Below, piece by piece: positions 51,501 to 64,000 of a stretch of 64,000 nt of DNA. A program made the translations under genes and the position numbers. Source of the DNA: Callorhinchus milii (lineage: Eukaryota); assembly GCF_018977255.1 (NCBI RefSeq), contig NW_024704742.1:119910001-119974000 (forward strand), given 5' to 3'. Positions within the stretch are counted from its first letter, which is position 1. The number at the start of each line of letters is the position of its first letter. Below the pieces are notes generated by a model. It was not told the DNA's origin. It did no database searches and saw only the letters and a program-made list of their open reading frames with translations.

Positions 51501-54500
51501 TCTCAATAATATTAATCCTTGCATTTGATATAGCACTTTTCACATCTTCTAGATGTCTCAAAGCGCTTCACAGAATATGTTCTTGTTTAACAAAGCTCCA
51601 TTTACCTTTTAATCAAATTTATAGTTCAATCTTTACATTCACTTACCCATGTCCTCTTAACAGACCTCAAGCATCAAAAGTTTGGGTCACATTTAACAGT
51701 GTTACAATAAGCTGAAAGAAGTCAAGAACTGAATAAGAACACACTACCAATTAAACAGTGTAACATTATAAAGACAATCATTCAGATGAGAAGCACATCC
51801 AGTGAACCTTTCTATAATCTTAAAATAGTTATAGCAGTATCTCTTTCTCCAGAATCTTCACCAAGAACAATCCATTCCTCAAAGTCATAAATCAAATATC
51901 CTAGCAAAATATTTTAAAATTTGAAATGTGATTTTGCCTTTTTACTACAGCAGTTGAATCCAAAAAGACTTTTCAGAAGTCCGATAAAAAGTTTGCCACA
52001 CATATTAAGCTTTCAATTTCACAAATTCAGGTTACAGTAACCTAGCAATGTACTCAAGAGCTCCAAGGTACGTTTCTGCTTTTAATAGATCTCATCTTTC
52101 CTTCACCACCTCTACCCCAATAAAAAACAGAGTGTCTTTGGTTTTAGGACAATACAAGTCAAATTTTTATACCACACTTTGACCATAGTGTTTCTCTGAA
52201 TCCATAGCTTGACCTTCGCAGCAGCACTGTAGCTAGATTTAAAGTTACACTTTCATCAACACTGTTAAATTACATATGTTCCGTTCCGGTGGCTGCAAAT
52301 GCTGAAAGAGGACTTGCTATTTTGCGGGAAAGGAGAAAAGGGTGGAAAATTAAATGCACGCAAAAATATACTGTTACTTAATCTGCAAGGCAAAGTTTCA
52401 AATGCAAGCTCCTATTTGAGAGATTGGACCCCAGCTCAGATCTGGTCACTCCTCAGATCACTATAAATTATAGCAACTTCTCATACCCTTTTCTAAAATT
52501 ATTTAACTGAGTGGAGGCCCACTCTCTAATAGCATTGAACATATTAAGTTTTAATGGACTGCTGAAGAATTTATATTTTTTTAAAATTAAAAGCTTTCCA
52601 ATTGCCTAGTATGTAAATATGCAAACTGGAGGCTCAAATCCAGGTCTATAATGCCGGGGTACAAGTTGGGATACTATATTTGGCCACACTGTCCCTGAGG
52701 TTAATTAATTAATTAAGGTAGAGAAAATCAGCTTCGTTTCTCATTCCTTATCATTTACCTTCTCTGTTTCTCTCTCAACTTTGTACACAACCGATTAAGA
52801 TTTCAAGGTTGATAAACTACAGCACTGCAATTAGAAAAGCCTCAAGATAGTCAGCGATTTTGTATACTGACCAATGCAGCAAATTAAAGCAATGTTGTTT
52901 ACGGTCATTGGTAGGAATTTTCTTCAGTACCTCTTCTTGGTCCTCTGCGGAGAGGAAAACAATTCAAAGAAATAGCTGCACTAAATTATAGCAACTTCTC
53001 ATACCCTTTCCCAACTTCAGTACAAAATGATGAATGACCATGGATTAAACTAATGCAGAATCGATCTAAGCTTGGGTGATGCCTTTTTCATCAAGTATCT
53101 TTGAAAACCCAATTTGAGGTCAAAATCATTTTACATGCCAACTCTTACATGAGGTGTGAAAAAGTAGTAGTGAATTTTTGTAAACTAATGTCGAATTTCC
53201 TACCCCATTACCAGTGTCAACAGGTATAAGTGACAAGTGCTCTGGCAATCTTATTGTGATCACAATGGGCATTTAGTGCACAGTGCAATACAAAGATTCG
53301 CTCAGGATCTTGAATAGGAACAAATGACATTTTGGGAGGGAAAATAATCACATTAAAAATAAAACATTCAACCTCACAGATCATAACTAAAAATGATTTA
53401 GTGCAACCAGTTTACTCTGTAAAACATGATGCTGAATCATTTTAACTCGCATTAATAAAAATCAACATTACAAAGCAACTTTGTTGATAGGCTGCATACC
53501 AAAATTGCAGTAGCAACAGGAAGTTTTCAAAACGTATTTTCAAAGGAGGCAACAATTGCCAATTTAGTCATTTCTTTATCTGACTTATCCGTCAGGATAT
53601 TTATCTGGCTTGTGGCAATGTGCCAACAGGAATATAACTTCCGTACAGAAGGCAGTTTTACTAGTCATAGGAAATAGGCATAGAAAAAAAATGGGTTGAT
53701 TAACTGCTCAAAAGACAAGCATTTCTTCCTAGATATTTTGAAAGCCATCAAAAATACTATTGTTCTAGAGAAAGACCCAACTGTGCATTTTTAAGGCATT
53801 TATACACACATGGGATGTGACTTGTCTAAGGAATCATACTTCAATTCATTTATTCCAGAATTCATTCCAGAAGAATCAATGAATGCATACAACTACTGAA
53901 TCCAATTACTTAAGTGCAGCTGGGACCATTTCAGATTTTTCAGATGTCATTTATTTTAAAAATGCCATAAAATGACCACACAAGACAGCTGTATGCACAA
54001 GAATAGACCAAGACCAAATCTTGGTCTAATCTAAAGTGTTCAATTGTTTGAACTAAAACTCTCCCATCTCCCCTCAATTTTTCTCCTCCCAATTATTTTC
54101 TCTTCCAATCGAGTCTCATTAGGTCATATGGCTGCACGAACCTCAATTCATGTGTAAGCCTCAACAACAAATGTTTTCAGGCTAGTCAACCCTGCGGTAA
54201 CACGACTTGGTGCTCACCTGACATGTTACACATACACACTTTGGGTTGTGTGAGATGGGGAAGAGAGAAGACACAGTTCAGTGAATATAAATTAACACTC
54301 TCCCCCTTTCCAAACGATGGGTGCTGAAGCAAATTGTTACACCCCCAACTGTTGCCTTGGTTGAGATCACCAAATTTAGCACTGCTAGAAAAATCAACCA
54401 GTGACCTTTCCCATCTGTGTGGCTTAGATTCTCATGAATAAGCTCGCTGAGCAACATTACAGCTTCTAAAATGTACAAAGTTTAATTTAGCTCTGAACAC

Positions 54501-57289
54501 CCACATAAAGCATGTCTTTGGATTATTAAGTAATTTGTTCCCAACACAAGTGTCCCATTATAAGAATATGCTTCACTGTCAGACATCCTACTTAGCACGC
54601 ACATTAGTATGCAATTTTGACAGCAATTAGAGACTATCTGATTTTACAGGCTGGATGCTGAAGTTCAATTTTAGTTACTACACGTAACTAATGAAAAGTA
54701 GTTTGCCTCCTTCCCCTCCCTCTGCTGCTCACTTTCCTTGCATTGTAGAAGATTTTCCAATTAGGATTACACTCAATTATACTCAGGGTCTTAATCCAGC
54801 AGTGAAACAGTAACTCTTTCAAACAGTCAACATTGGTTAATCCAACCAAAGTAGCAAAAAAAAGTCAAAGAAAACAACAACTTACATTTGCATAGCGATT
54901 TTCACCTCAGGAGGACGGCCAAAACCGAAATCCTTTTCATTTCCAGGAACTTGTCTAGATCTTTTTTTGGTCAGCTGGGTTTCTGCGTGCGTCACAATGC
55001 TTAAGAGTATCCAAACTAAACAGAATTTCACATATATTTGCCACTAACAGATGGAAAATCCCCATATCTGGAATGCACACATTCTGTCTTCTCTCTCCCC
55101 AACTGTCCCAATCAGCTCCAAGGCAACCTTGGGACAAAGGTTTGGTAACAATGAACCTGGTTAAAACCCGACACCCCTCCCCCTTGATGCCTCTCGATTC
55201 CCTATCCTCAGCCTCTATAATCAATACAAACCCCCTCCCCCCATTCTTACTCAGAAGGTAATCAACAACTGGAACAGCTTGTCAGGAAAGGTAGTTCAAG
55301 CCAGGGTACTGGATTCATTTAAAAAGCAGGTTGATGCTGTGGTTGAGGGGAGGGAGGAGAAACAGTGGGCTCCCCTCAACAGTTCAAGCAACAGGCGCTC
55401 CCTCACCCCCCCCCCCCACCCCTGCAGTCTACTTGATTGTTGTAACAATGCTATGTAGATAGTTGGTATGGTTAGCTTTGACCTACTTTACTTGTCAATT
55501 TTTTTAAAGTCTTGTGCACTTCCTATTTTGTCTTCACTCTGAAGCAATCATTTGCATTTTGTATCTCATTTACCTGTTAATATGCTGTCAAGGGCAAGCA
55601 GCCCTGATGGTGTATGTAGTGATTAAAGTTGCAGCTGACGGACCAGAAGCTCACTGATCCGAAAACTGCAGCTCTATCTATCCAGACATACAGCGTTTGC
55701 TAATCTCAGTCAGGGCCGCACGGGAAACCTAAATTTTCTTCATCCTTTCCCAAGGGTTATGGCGGATAAAACCAGACAGATTTTCTTCTCGTGGCCCCTC
55801 TTCTAGTAATACATGTGTGGCAGCCAAGTGAGGCATCATAGTAGATGTATAGTCGTCCTCTATTGGCAAATGGCCTGCTGACACTCAATGCCAAGGCTTA
55901 CACATGAGTAATGGTGGGATATGGGAGCACAACCAGTGCCCATGAATCAACATTGCAGCTGAGGAGGCTGGGGACCAGGTGCATTGGCCAAGACAAATAA
56001 TCAGACTAATTATTTTTAACACCTAATTACGTAAGCAGGTTGCATCCCTCCAGCAAGAAACAACTTCTCACTCCAGACACAGGGAAATTTCCGTGTGTAG
56101 ATGGCATACATAGGTGGAATTCAGTCTGGTTTGGATTCTCTAAACCATGGTGATTGGTTTCCACGTACATTGACACTCCAGCTGACCAAAATAGTCGTTC
56201 AAAAATTGTTTCAAAATGTTTTCCCTGCAATCCCAATGATTTACCAGTCGACAGCTTCTGGGTAGATCTTAAACTTTTTCTTAATGTTATGTTAGCTTCT
56301 TTCCCTGTAACTTTTATTCCTGTTCTTAGTAATTGCAAATATGAATATATTGTCTCAAAATTCTAGTTTCTCACCATCACGCTTAAGTGGATCAATAATC
56401 TTTTCACCGTTGCTTATTTGAACATACATTTGTTTTTAAAAAATTGTATTTAGAAGCAATTGCTTGTTCGGTGCCAAATTTATTTGTATTTATGGTACAT
56501 TACAACCCTTAAATTAGTTCCAGAAAATGCAAGAATAAAGTAACCATAGACCCAAAGAACCTTAATCCAATTTAAAATATTTAAATTAACAAATAATCTA
56601 TCCTTAAATTATGGTCCTGTATTAAATTTCAGTTAAACATCCCTATCATACAAATCATTGATTTTTTAATGTGTATAGCGATACCTGACCCTCCCAGTTG
56701 GCCAAAAATCACCGCAACCTTAATGCCCCAAAGATTCGTAAGAAAGCTTTACCGTGGTATATTATTGGTTGTAAAAATGTACCATGTTCACCTTGACATC
56801 CATTTCAAGAAAGTGGCTTTATTATTGTTGTTTTAACAGTGATGAGCCCTCAATAAGTATGTATTGTGAACCAGGAAATGTTGCTCTCTTTTCTAGTGTG
56901 AATTGACCATGAAGAGAAACAAAGCAATGCAAAAGGTTAGGAAATGTAACAAAGCAATGATATTGAAATTCGAGGTTGACACGGGTAGGAAATGGGTGAC
57001 ACACGTAATAAATCCAATCCTTTTTGTTCGTGTGGTCCAACCTATATTTGGAATGGGATGAAAATATATTTCACTAGCGGCTGTTAAGGATCTCAAGTGA
57101 AAATTAATTCTCATCTCCAGACCACTGAACAAAACTGCCCCAAATTTTTTACCTAATTTGGTCATTTTAGTTCTGATAAGTATGGTTTGAAAATGTAAAA
57201 GTAAAATGTTTTCACTTTATTTAATACAGAAACTCGGTTCCTTGCTGGTTTTCACAGTTGGTTTCAAAACATAAAATTTCAAGATACAA

Positions 57290-57430
57290 CAAGAACAAGA
57301 TTACATTTTTATAGCGCCTTTCACATCGGGAGGACATCCTGGACAGAATACAGCATTTCAGACCCAAGCTGGGGTTGGGGGAGTAAGGGAGGGGAGGGAA
57401 AGGGGGGTGGCCGATGGCATGGTCGAAGAT
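57290..57430 (-). mobile_element. L2 3' end
   Basis: Close match to 39177..39320. Confidence 0.8.
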
Positions 57431-57469
57431 GCAGTACTCCATGCAGAGATGATAGGCACATATTAATTA

Positions 57470-57850
57470 ATAATAATCCTTGCATTTGATAACACAAAAT
57501 ATCTCAAAGCACTTTACAGGAATTTAATATAAAGTGTAGTGACTGTATTTATAAGCAACCAGTTTCTGCAAAACAATATCCCACAAACAACCATGAAGTG
57601 AATAACCATATTTGCATCTGGGGGATTTTGGGGCAGCACACCCAAGACAAAGATACCTCTCTTCTCTTTTCAGATGGAACCTCAGTTTAATATCTTATTT
57701 AAAGATTAGCACCTCGGACAATGCAGCATTCCCACACCACTAAATTTGCACGTTATCCTAGAGTCGAGACCAAAGATCTTGACATGTGACTTGCATCCAT
57801 AACCTTCTGACTCGAGAGGTGAGAGGGATTCCAACTGAACCAGGTTGACA
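57470..57850 (-). mobile_element. Degraded Deu-type SINE with tRNA-like head
   Basis: SINE tail (taataatccttgcatttgat) at the left; cagttggaatccctctcacctctcgagtcagaaggttatggatgcaagtc on the minus strand at the right. Confidence 0.55.
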
Positions 57851-58618
57851 ACCAACGAACTGTATTTTTTTAAAAAAAAAACAAGAGTGGATTTGACCCA
57901 CAACTCCAATGGAGACTGAACTTTGAACATAACCACTTGGCATTTGTTGATTAGTCACTCACCAAAGTGAGGAAGCAAAAACATGACAAATATGATGCTG
58001 GGTTGCATCACCAGAGCAGTTGAGCTCAAATCCACAGAAGTCTTTCACAAACTTTAGAGCGCACAAGTTCTGGTAACTGTAAAATAAAAGAGCTAATGAG
58101 TCCCGTCAAGGCAGGGAACAAGACAATTGCAAAGCTGATCCCAGAATTAGATGAATAAGATAAGAAATTAGATAAACAAGGTATTTAAAATATAAATGAG
58201 AGAATGGAAATATGTTCAAATATTTAAGCAGAACAAGAGACAGCATTGTTCCCTCCCCAGCCCACTCACTTGGTTTTGGTGACTCAGGCCTGCTTCAAGT
58301 CCCACACCCATCACTGGTGGGCAAACTTTCAACTATTTCTCCCCCATTCTTGAAACTCGCTTTCTAAATCACTTCACTTCACACCCAGTCTCCCTGCTTT
58401 CAAAACTCATCCAAGAACTCTTGAATGTGCCTTCAACCACCTGCTCCCCACCGCCTCATCAAACTCTCATCAAATCTCTGTAAAGTGCTTTAAGAAAGCA
58501 TTTAGTACAACCTGTCACTGTCAAGACATTAAAAATATTTTTTTTTACACAAAAGGTAATCAACAACTAAAATGGAATTACCAGGAAGGGTGGAAAAGGC
58601 CAGGAGACCAAACACGTA

Positions 58619-58649
<31 letters not shown>

Positions 58650-59670
58650 TTTAAACTGCTTGTTGCTGTATTTGGACATTCTGGAAAGGCAAGATCAAAC
58701 GGGTCAAAGGGCGTCTTCATCTGAACCTCATTTATATCAAGATTTGTCTGGTAATAGATATTGCAGTAGTTTGAAATTAAATATAGCATCTCCAAAGCTC
58801 CAGCGTAAGGCAAACTAATTTATGATATCTTAATAACGAAAGCACCATTGTATTCTTAGACCATCATCTCAGTCAGTCCCAGGTGCTATAACCCCAGTCA
58901 GCTGGAGTAAATGTGCGATCAATGATGCGTTAGAAAAGTACACTCCCAAGTTGATCCTTCAGCTGTGCACAGTCAGAACCACTCCCTCCTCTCTCTCAAC
59001 CAATGAAGGGTCATATTTGCAAGTGAATTTCCACTGAATATATTTGTACAGTACTTAGTTTCCTATGATTACTAACGATCACAAGCAGACTGTTGATTTT
59101 GCAGAGATTCAGTTATTGGGTTTCTAACAATTAAAAAAAAGCTCCCCCTAAACAATGTACTGGTTATTCCCAACATCCACAGAAAGTAGTGGAGTATTCA
59201 ATATTATTCAGATCAAATCAACAATTAGTCTATCATTAACTCTGTCAAAATGTTTTCCTCTCTCAAACGATTGCCAAAGTTACATCAGAAGGGAACTGTA
59301 AATACAAGGTTCGTACAATGAACTCCATCTGGATCTCAGAGTTCAGATACCATTCATAATCCATGAACAAAGAGCAAAATTCATCCAAAGTCACCTGAAG
59401 TCGAATGAATTACTGCTATGCAATTCACTTCCAGTACCCATTCTATACAATGTACATTACCTGCTAATTACTGTGTGTAATACCACTGAAGACAAGTTAG
59501 TCAAGTTCCACCCAGAGGACTGTCTATAAGTACTTTTGGCAGGACACATTGAATCTGAACAACAAGAACAGGTTTTCGTTTAGTCTAAAAAAACAATTCA
59601 CTGAATCCGAAAATTCATAGAGGCCGTGTAAATCAAAACAACATTTAATATCAAACTCAGTGTCCTGTGA

Positions 59671-59876
59671 CCAAAACACAAAATACTGCAGATGCTGGAA
59701 TCTGAAACAAAAACAGAGATAACTGGGAAAATTCAGCAGGTCAGGCAGCATCTATGGAGAAAGGAAAGTGAGTTCTGACGAAGGGTTGTGGACCCGAAAC
59801 GTTGACTCACTTTCCTTTCTCCATAGATGCTGCCTGACCTGCTGAGTTTTCCCAGTTCTCTCTGTTTTTGTTTCAG
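59671..59876 (+). mobile_element. Short Penelope-like (PLE) inverted terminal-repeat remnant / non-autonomous element
   Basis: 73-bp inverted arms (59702..59774 and 59804..59876), hammerhead motif in the loop, and flanking 14-bp direct repeat TCAGTGTCCTGTGA. Confidence 0.75.
59768..59810 (+). ncRNA. Minimal type-I hammerhead ribozyme motif
   Basis: GTGAGTT-CTGACGA-A-GGGT(TGTGG)ACCC-GAAAC-GTT-GACTCAC: stem I, CUGANGA box, stem II, GAAA box and loop-less palindromic stem III. Confidence 0.75.
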
Positions 59877-60369
59877 TGTCCTGTGAGTTTGACATTCTCA
59901 ATTTGGAGACTTTCAACATGGCAATCCATTAATTCTTAAGAAATTTAAAAAAACTGGCTGTCAATACCGTAATTGCTTTACAGCAGGTAAAGATAATGCC
60001 ACCTATAAAATCATTATCACCTACTATGCTACCTACAAATTCTGCATTTTTAAATATGAATCGTTCAAAAGCAATAGTTTTTGAAGTGCAAAATAAAATG
60101 CAGTTCAACTATACATAGTCTCCATAGTTTATTGATTAGCGGGGGAAATTAAATGTCTTTAAATTAAAATAGACCCCCATTTGATAACTAATCAGAAAAA
60201 AAATTCAAAAAAAAGTAAATGGCCATTAAATTATTCACAAATTCATTAGGTACAAACTTTGACAAATCAACTCCAAAAAAAAATGCATTTCTACCACACT
60301 TTATCCAGATGAGTTTACACACTTTGTATATTGATCAGTTATTCACACCTTCATTACCTCCCAGTTAAG

Positions 60370-61760
60370 ACTTTTCTGTAGCACACCTCTCTGGTCTCCT
60401 CGCTCCATCATTCATAAACTCAAACTCACCCAAAACTCCACCACCCAACCATTGCCAAATTCCGTACAACCATCGCCCCAGTCCTCACCAAGCACCATTG
60501 ACTCCTCATCTCACAGCATATCGATTGGAAGGCATTCACTCGCCTATAAATCCCTCTTTACCTCTCCGATTTTCTCATAGCCCATTCCTCTGCTCGCACC
60601 CTCTTTCCTAGCAAACTTGTGCTTGCTGTAAATCCTCCTCCTTCTCAACTCTACCATCAGAGGTCTCGCTCGTCCAGTTGCTGAGCCAGGCAGGTCCGCA
60701 GTTTTCCAGGGCACCGCTGATGACAGCATAGCTACCTTGGCAGGAAGTGGAAGGGCAGACTAATCACTGGGAGAGAGAATCCTCCCACTCAGCTCCCGTT
60801 AACCCAACAAGCCAAAGCCCTAACAGGTAGGGCGATCCTAGCTGGACAAGCAGTGGGAAAGTTTGCCAGACAGTGCTCACGATGGCTGCTATGCAGTTTT
60901 AGCTGCTACCTTTTAACCAAACCAAGTTATTTATGATCACTTGAACACTTTCATTCCTTTGTCCATTATTGTGGAATGTTGTCTATATGATGCGCTAATT
61001 AAATAAGGAATGAAGTTATGCTAATTAAATGAGGGCTAAAGATGGGAAATCTACCTCAAAAAGGTTTAACATTTTTCAAATTCTTTCTAGCCTCCTTGTC
61101 CTTCATGACCTCTCCACATTATTTGACACAGTGAACTACTCCACCTTTCTTCTACTTATTTCCTCCTGACGTTCAAGGCACTGTATAAAAATGTTGTTGC
61201 TTCACCTCACTGGCACCATACTTTCCTGGTTCTAGTGTTACATGTCCTAACATCTCGAATGGCTTCATTTCATCACACACAAGGCCATTTGGTGTGTGTT
61301 CTTCAAGTCCCTGTTCTTGGCCATCTGCTCTTCCTCTACTCCATGCTCCCCATTGGTGACATCATTTGCAAGCATGGAGTCCACTTGTGGATATATGTGT
61401 GCTGATGATACCCAACACCAGCTCAATCCTCCACAAGTTCCATCTTATTCAGACCTCTTTCCTGCACCAGGTTCGGCCACTTTTCCTCTAATCTCCTGCA
61501 GTCCCACTTTCCTACCCACTCCCTCAACTCTGCTAACTCAGGCATGTCCCCGACTCCGGTCCCACCACTCGCAGGAGAACTTTCAGCCACACTACCCAGC
61601 TCTCTAGAAATCCATATCGAAAATCCCTTCAATTCACCCTTCCCTCTCTGCTTTGAAAACCACCTCTGACTGCAGCTTCTGTCACCTCTATGCACCATCT
61701 CTCACCATGCTTGGTTTCCCACTCCATCTCTGTAAAATCTCTCAAGACTTTATCCTTCAA
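60370..61760 (+). mobile_element. Heavily degraded L2 fragments, interrupted by repeat family A
   Basis: YMCADDTQ at ~61395, plus cataaactcaaactcacccaaaactc and ccaccatcagaggtc blocks. Confidence 0.6.
60662..60920 (-). repeat. Unnamed interspersed repeat family A, most complete copy
   Basis: Reverse complement aligns with 3250..3480; both translate as MLSSAVPW(N/K)TA in the ORF track. Confidence 0.75.
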
Positions 61761-62967
61761 GAAAGGTTCAATATAATATACAAGTACAAAGCAAGATACT
61801 TAAAAATTCACAGCAAGTCCGCAGTTTTGAGAATACAATGAGCTGTGAAGTATAAAGAATATTACATTCAGTAAACCGTATCGCTTTCAATTTGCACAGA
61901 ATAGAAAGACTTACAATATAGCAGGCAAATTAGAAGTACACAACAGCAAGTGCAAATTGTCACTCTAGTCATTTAGACATCATTAAGAGGCAAAGGAGAG
62001 CAATATATTCAGCATTTAGCATATTTCCACAGAATGAGGAAGAAATTCAAGTGGATGCATAGTAATAAAGCCTTGAGGGAAAGAAAGGCCAGCTCAGCTT
62101 CAGAAAAAAAATGTCAATTCCATGATTTCTATTTAAATGAGTCCTCAGGGCTGAGACATTTAGACTCTGGCTGTAGAACTATCCATTATGCATGCACATG
62201 GGTCCAAATTTTTAAGTGTCAGTATGACTTCCATAATTGAAGCACTTTGAGACATCTCAAAGACGGGATAAGCCACAATATCAAACGCAAGGATTAGTAT
62301 TATTATTCTATGAAACGCCTTTGTTCAAACCAATTCAGATGTTGAAATAAAAAAATTCTATATATTTATGGGGTGGTCTTGTGCAGTTTGAAATGGTTGC
62401 AATTCAAGTTGTGAGTTACAATAATATTGTACATCTAGGTGATAAGTCAATTAGATTATAGTACCTGCTTACTTGAAGCAAACTGATGCTGATCATGGCA
62501 TACTACTGATAATGCAAGTTATTAATATTACTGAAATTAAAATCATCTAAAAATATCACATGTATTCCTTAGAATTTAGACAAAAATACCAGTGTCACTC
62601 TGAACATTCCAAGAAGGAGAACCAGAAGTAGAGACTCTGTACCACATTTTGGGGTGTTGTTCTTACATCACCAACGAGGCAAGGCGTAAATGAGGCTTCA
62701 GCATTGAACCATTCCCATCCATATAGGCTGAAGAAACCCAGAAGTGCCAAACATTAAACTTCATATTTCTGGATCAATATCTTCTCCCAGACAAACTTTT
62801 AACAGTCTGCAAAAATTCTATATCCATTAACTAAGCCAATATTAACCTAAAGCTTTGAATAAGAATCAGTAGACTGGTATGAATTAACTATCTGAATCAT
62901 CTTAAAACTCAAAATTTTCTTCTGTAGCATGCTGAAGACATGGATCCTTTTCTTTTCTGCTGGAGGA

Positions 62968-63240
62968 ATAATAATAATCCTTGCATTTGATATAGCGCCT
63001 TATCACGCCTTCGAAACATCTCAAAGTACTTCACAGAATATACTGTAAAGTGAATTGACTGCACATTTTGTGGGAATACAGTTCAAGAGGTGTCCATCAC
63101 CTACCAGTGTGATAATAATAATCCTTACATTTGATATAGCGCTTTTCACGTCTTCTAGACGTCTCAAAGCGCTTCACAGAATATACTGTAAAGTGAATTG
63201 ACTGTATATTTGTAGGGAAAACGCGGCAACCAATTGTGCA
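62968..63240 (-). mobile_element. Two 5'-truncated SINE tails in tandem
   Basis: TAATAATAATCCTT(G/A)CATTTGATATAGCGC... at ~62968 and ~63113. Similar tails at ~21775(-), ~22100(+), ~26327(-), ~38568(+), ~51507(-) and ~62240(+). Confidence 0.85.
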
Positions 63241-63831
63241 GATGCCCAAATGGTTACTAATCATGTAAAAGCCTCGACTGAATGTTGGCAAACTGAGTTC
63301 TTCATCATAGTTGAGCCTGATCCTGCTCTCACCAGACATTCACAGGACATGTCACTGGGTAGCGATAAGGAGCCGGATACCAAACTGATTTTCCCCTCCC
63401 AAGCCTAGGGGTGCAACAGTCAATTTTAACACGCTAATTACTGCCTTAGCTGAGGTCAGATGGGTTTACAGAAGGATTTCAATCGCTAGCATTTTGCACT
63501 TAAGGCATAGATCTGCATCTGAATAGGTTAATGCCAAATTACTATAAGAAAAGATCAATTTTCATTTCAACATACTGCAATTCAGAGAAAGAAATTCAGC
63601 TGCTTCCTCTTCAAGGGTTAATTGTGATGGGTTCAATCGTGGAAAAGATTTATATCAAAATAGCCAAAAGTTTTCAAAGTGTAGGAAGCCATTCAGCTCT
63701 TTATGTCTATGTTGGCATCATGAATGCACCAATGCAGAAGTATAATAGGGACACTGAAACTGCCAGACATAAAGACATACTGAAACCGGAAGTGAATTTT
63801 GACGTCAATACTTTGCGTTTCCCTCCACAAA

Positions 63832-64000
63832 CCACAGACCATCCAGAACTCTGCACCTCANTTTTTCTCCCAAACTAGGCTCTGCAAGTCTATCACCCCC
63901 ATTCTCACCTGGCTGCGCTGACTCCCCATCCCCCAGAGGATTGAGTTGAAGTTCATCATACTCATTTTCAAAGGCCGCCATCAGACTCCTTGCACCTTAC
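63832..64000 (+). mobile_element. L2 fragment running off the window edge
   Basis: atccagaactctgca...atcacccccattctcacctggctgcgctgactccccatcccccagaggattgag (IQNSA/LHWLP region). Confidence 0.7.

Noticed and set aside
54004..54028. Perfect 10-bp hairpin TAGACCAAGA-CCAAA-TCTTGGTCTA
   Set aside because: Too short and isolated to assign a function.
56650..57230. Possible old DNA-transposon remnant (similar impression at ~49000..49500)
   Set aside because: No terminal repeats, target duplication or recognisable protein motif found.
15155..64000. Main ERBIN promoter / CpG island
   Set aside because: No extended CpG-rich non-repeat stretch is visible; it probably lies beyond position 64000.

Overview
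Vertebrate nuclear DNA, AT-rich and packed with repeats. The repeat set (L2 and CR1 LINEs, Deu-domain SINEs, a tRNA-Ala SINE with an L2 tail, a Penelope-type hairpin) points to a cartilaginous fish, plausibly a chimaera; this is inference. The only host gene I can support is ERBIN (ERBB2IP, LAP family) on the minus strand: start-codon exon 14957..15154 (ATG at 15145) and next coding exon 6195..6312, both GT-AG. I did not find the following exon, so it probably lies left of position 1. I see no CpG island, so 15155..64000 is probably 5' intron/UTR. Most long ORFs in the track are broken L2/CR1 reverse-transcriptase fragments or their antisense shadows. Best leads: (1) a small insertion at 59657..59886 with a 14-bp flanking duplication, forming a 73-bp hairpin whose loop is a minimal hammerhead ribozyme; (2) a site at ~31654 that is either an upstream coding exon giving an MQ-CLIM N-terminus like densin-180/LRRC7, or a recursive splice site; (3) two local inverted duplications next to CR1 remnants; (4) a SINE/L2 partnership and SINE deletion series visible in the sequence; (5) unnamed interspersed repeats. 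Repeat boundaries were read by eye and are approximate.
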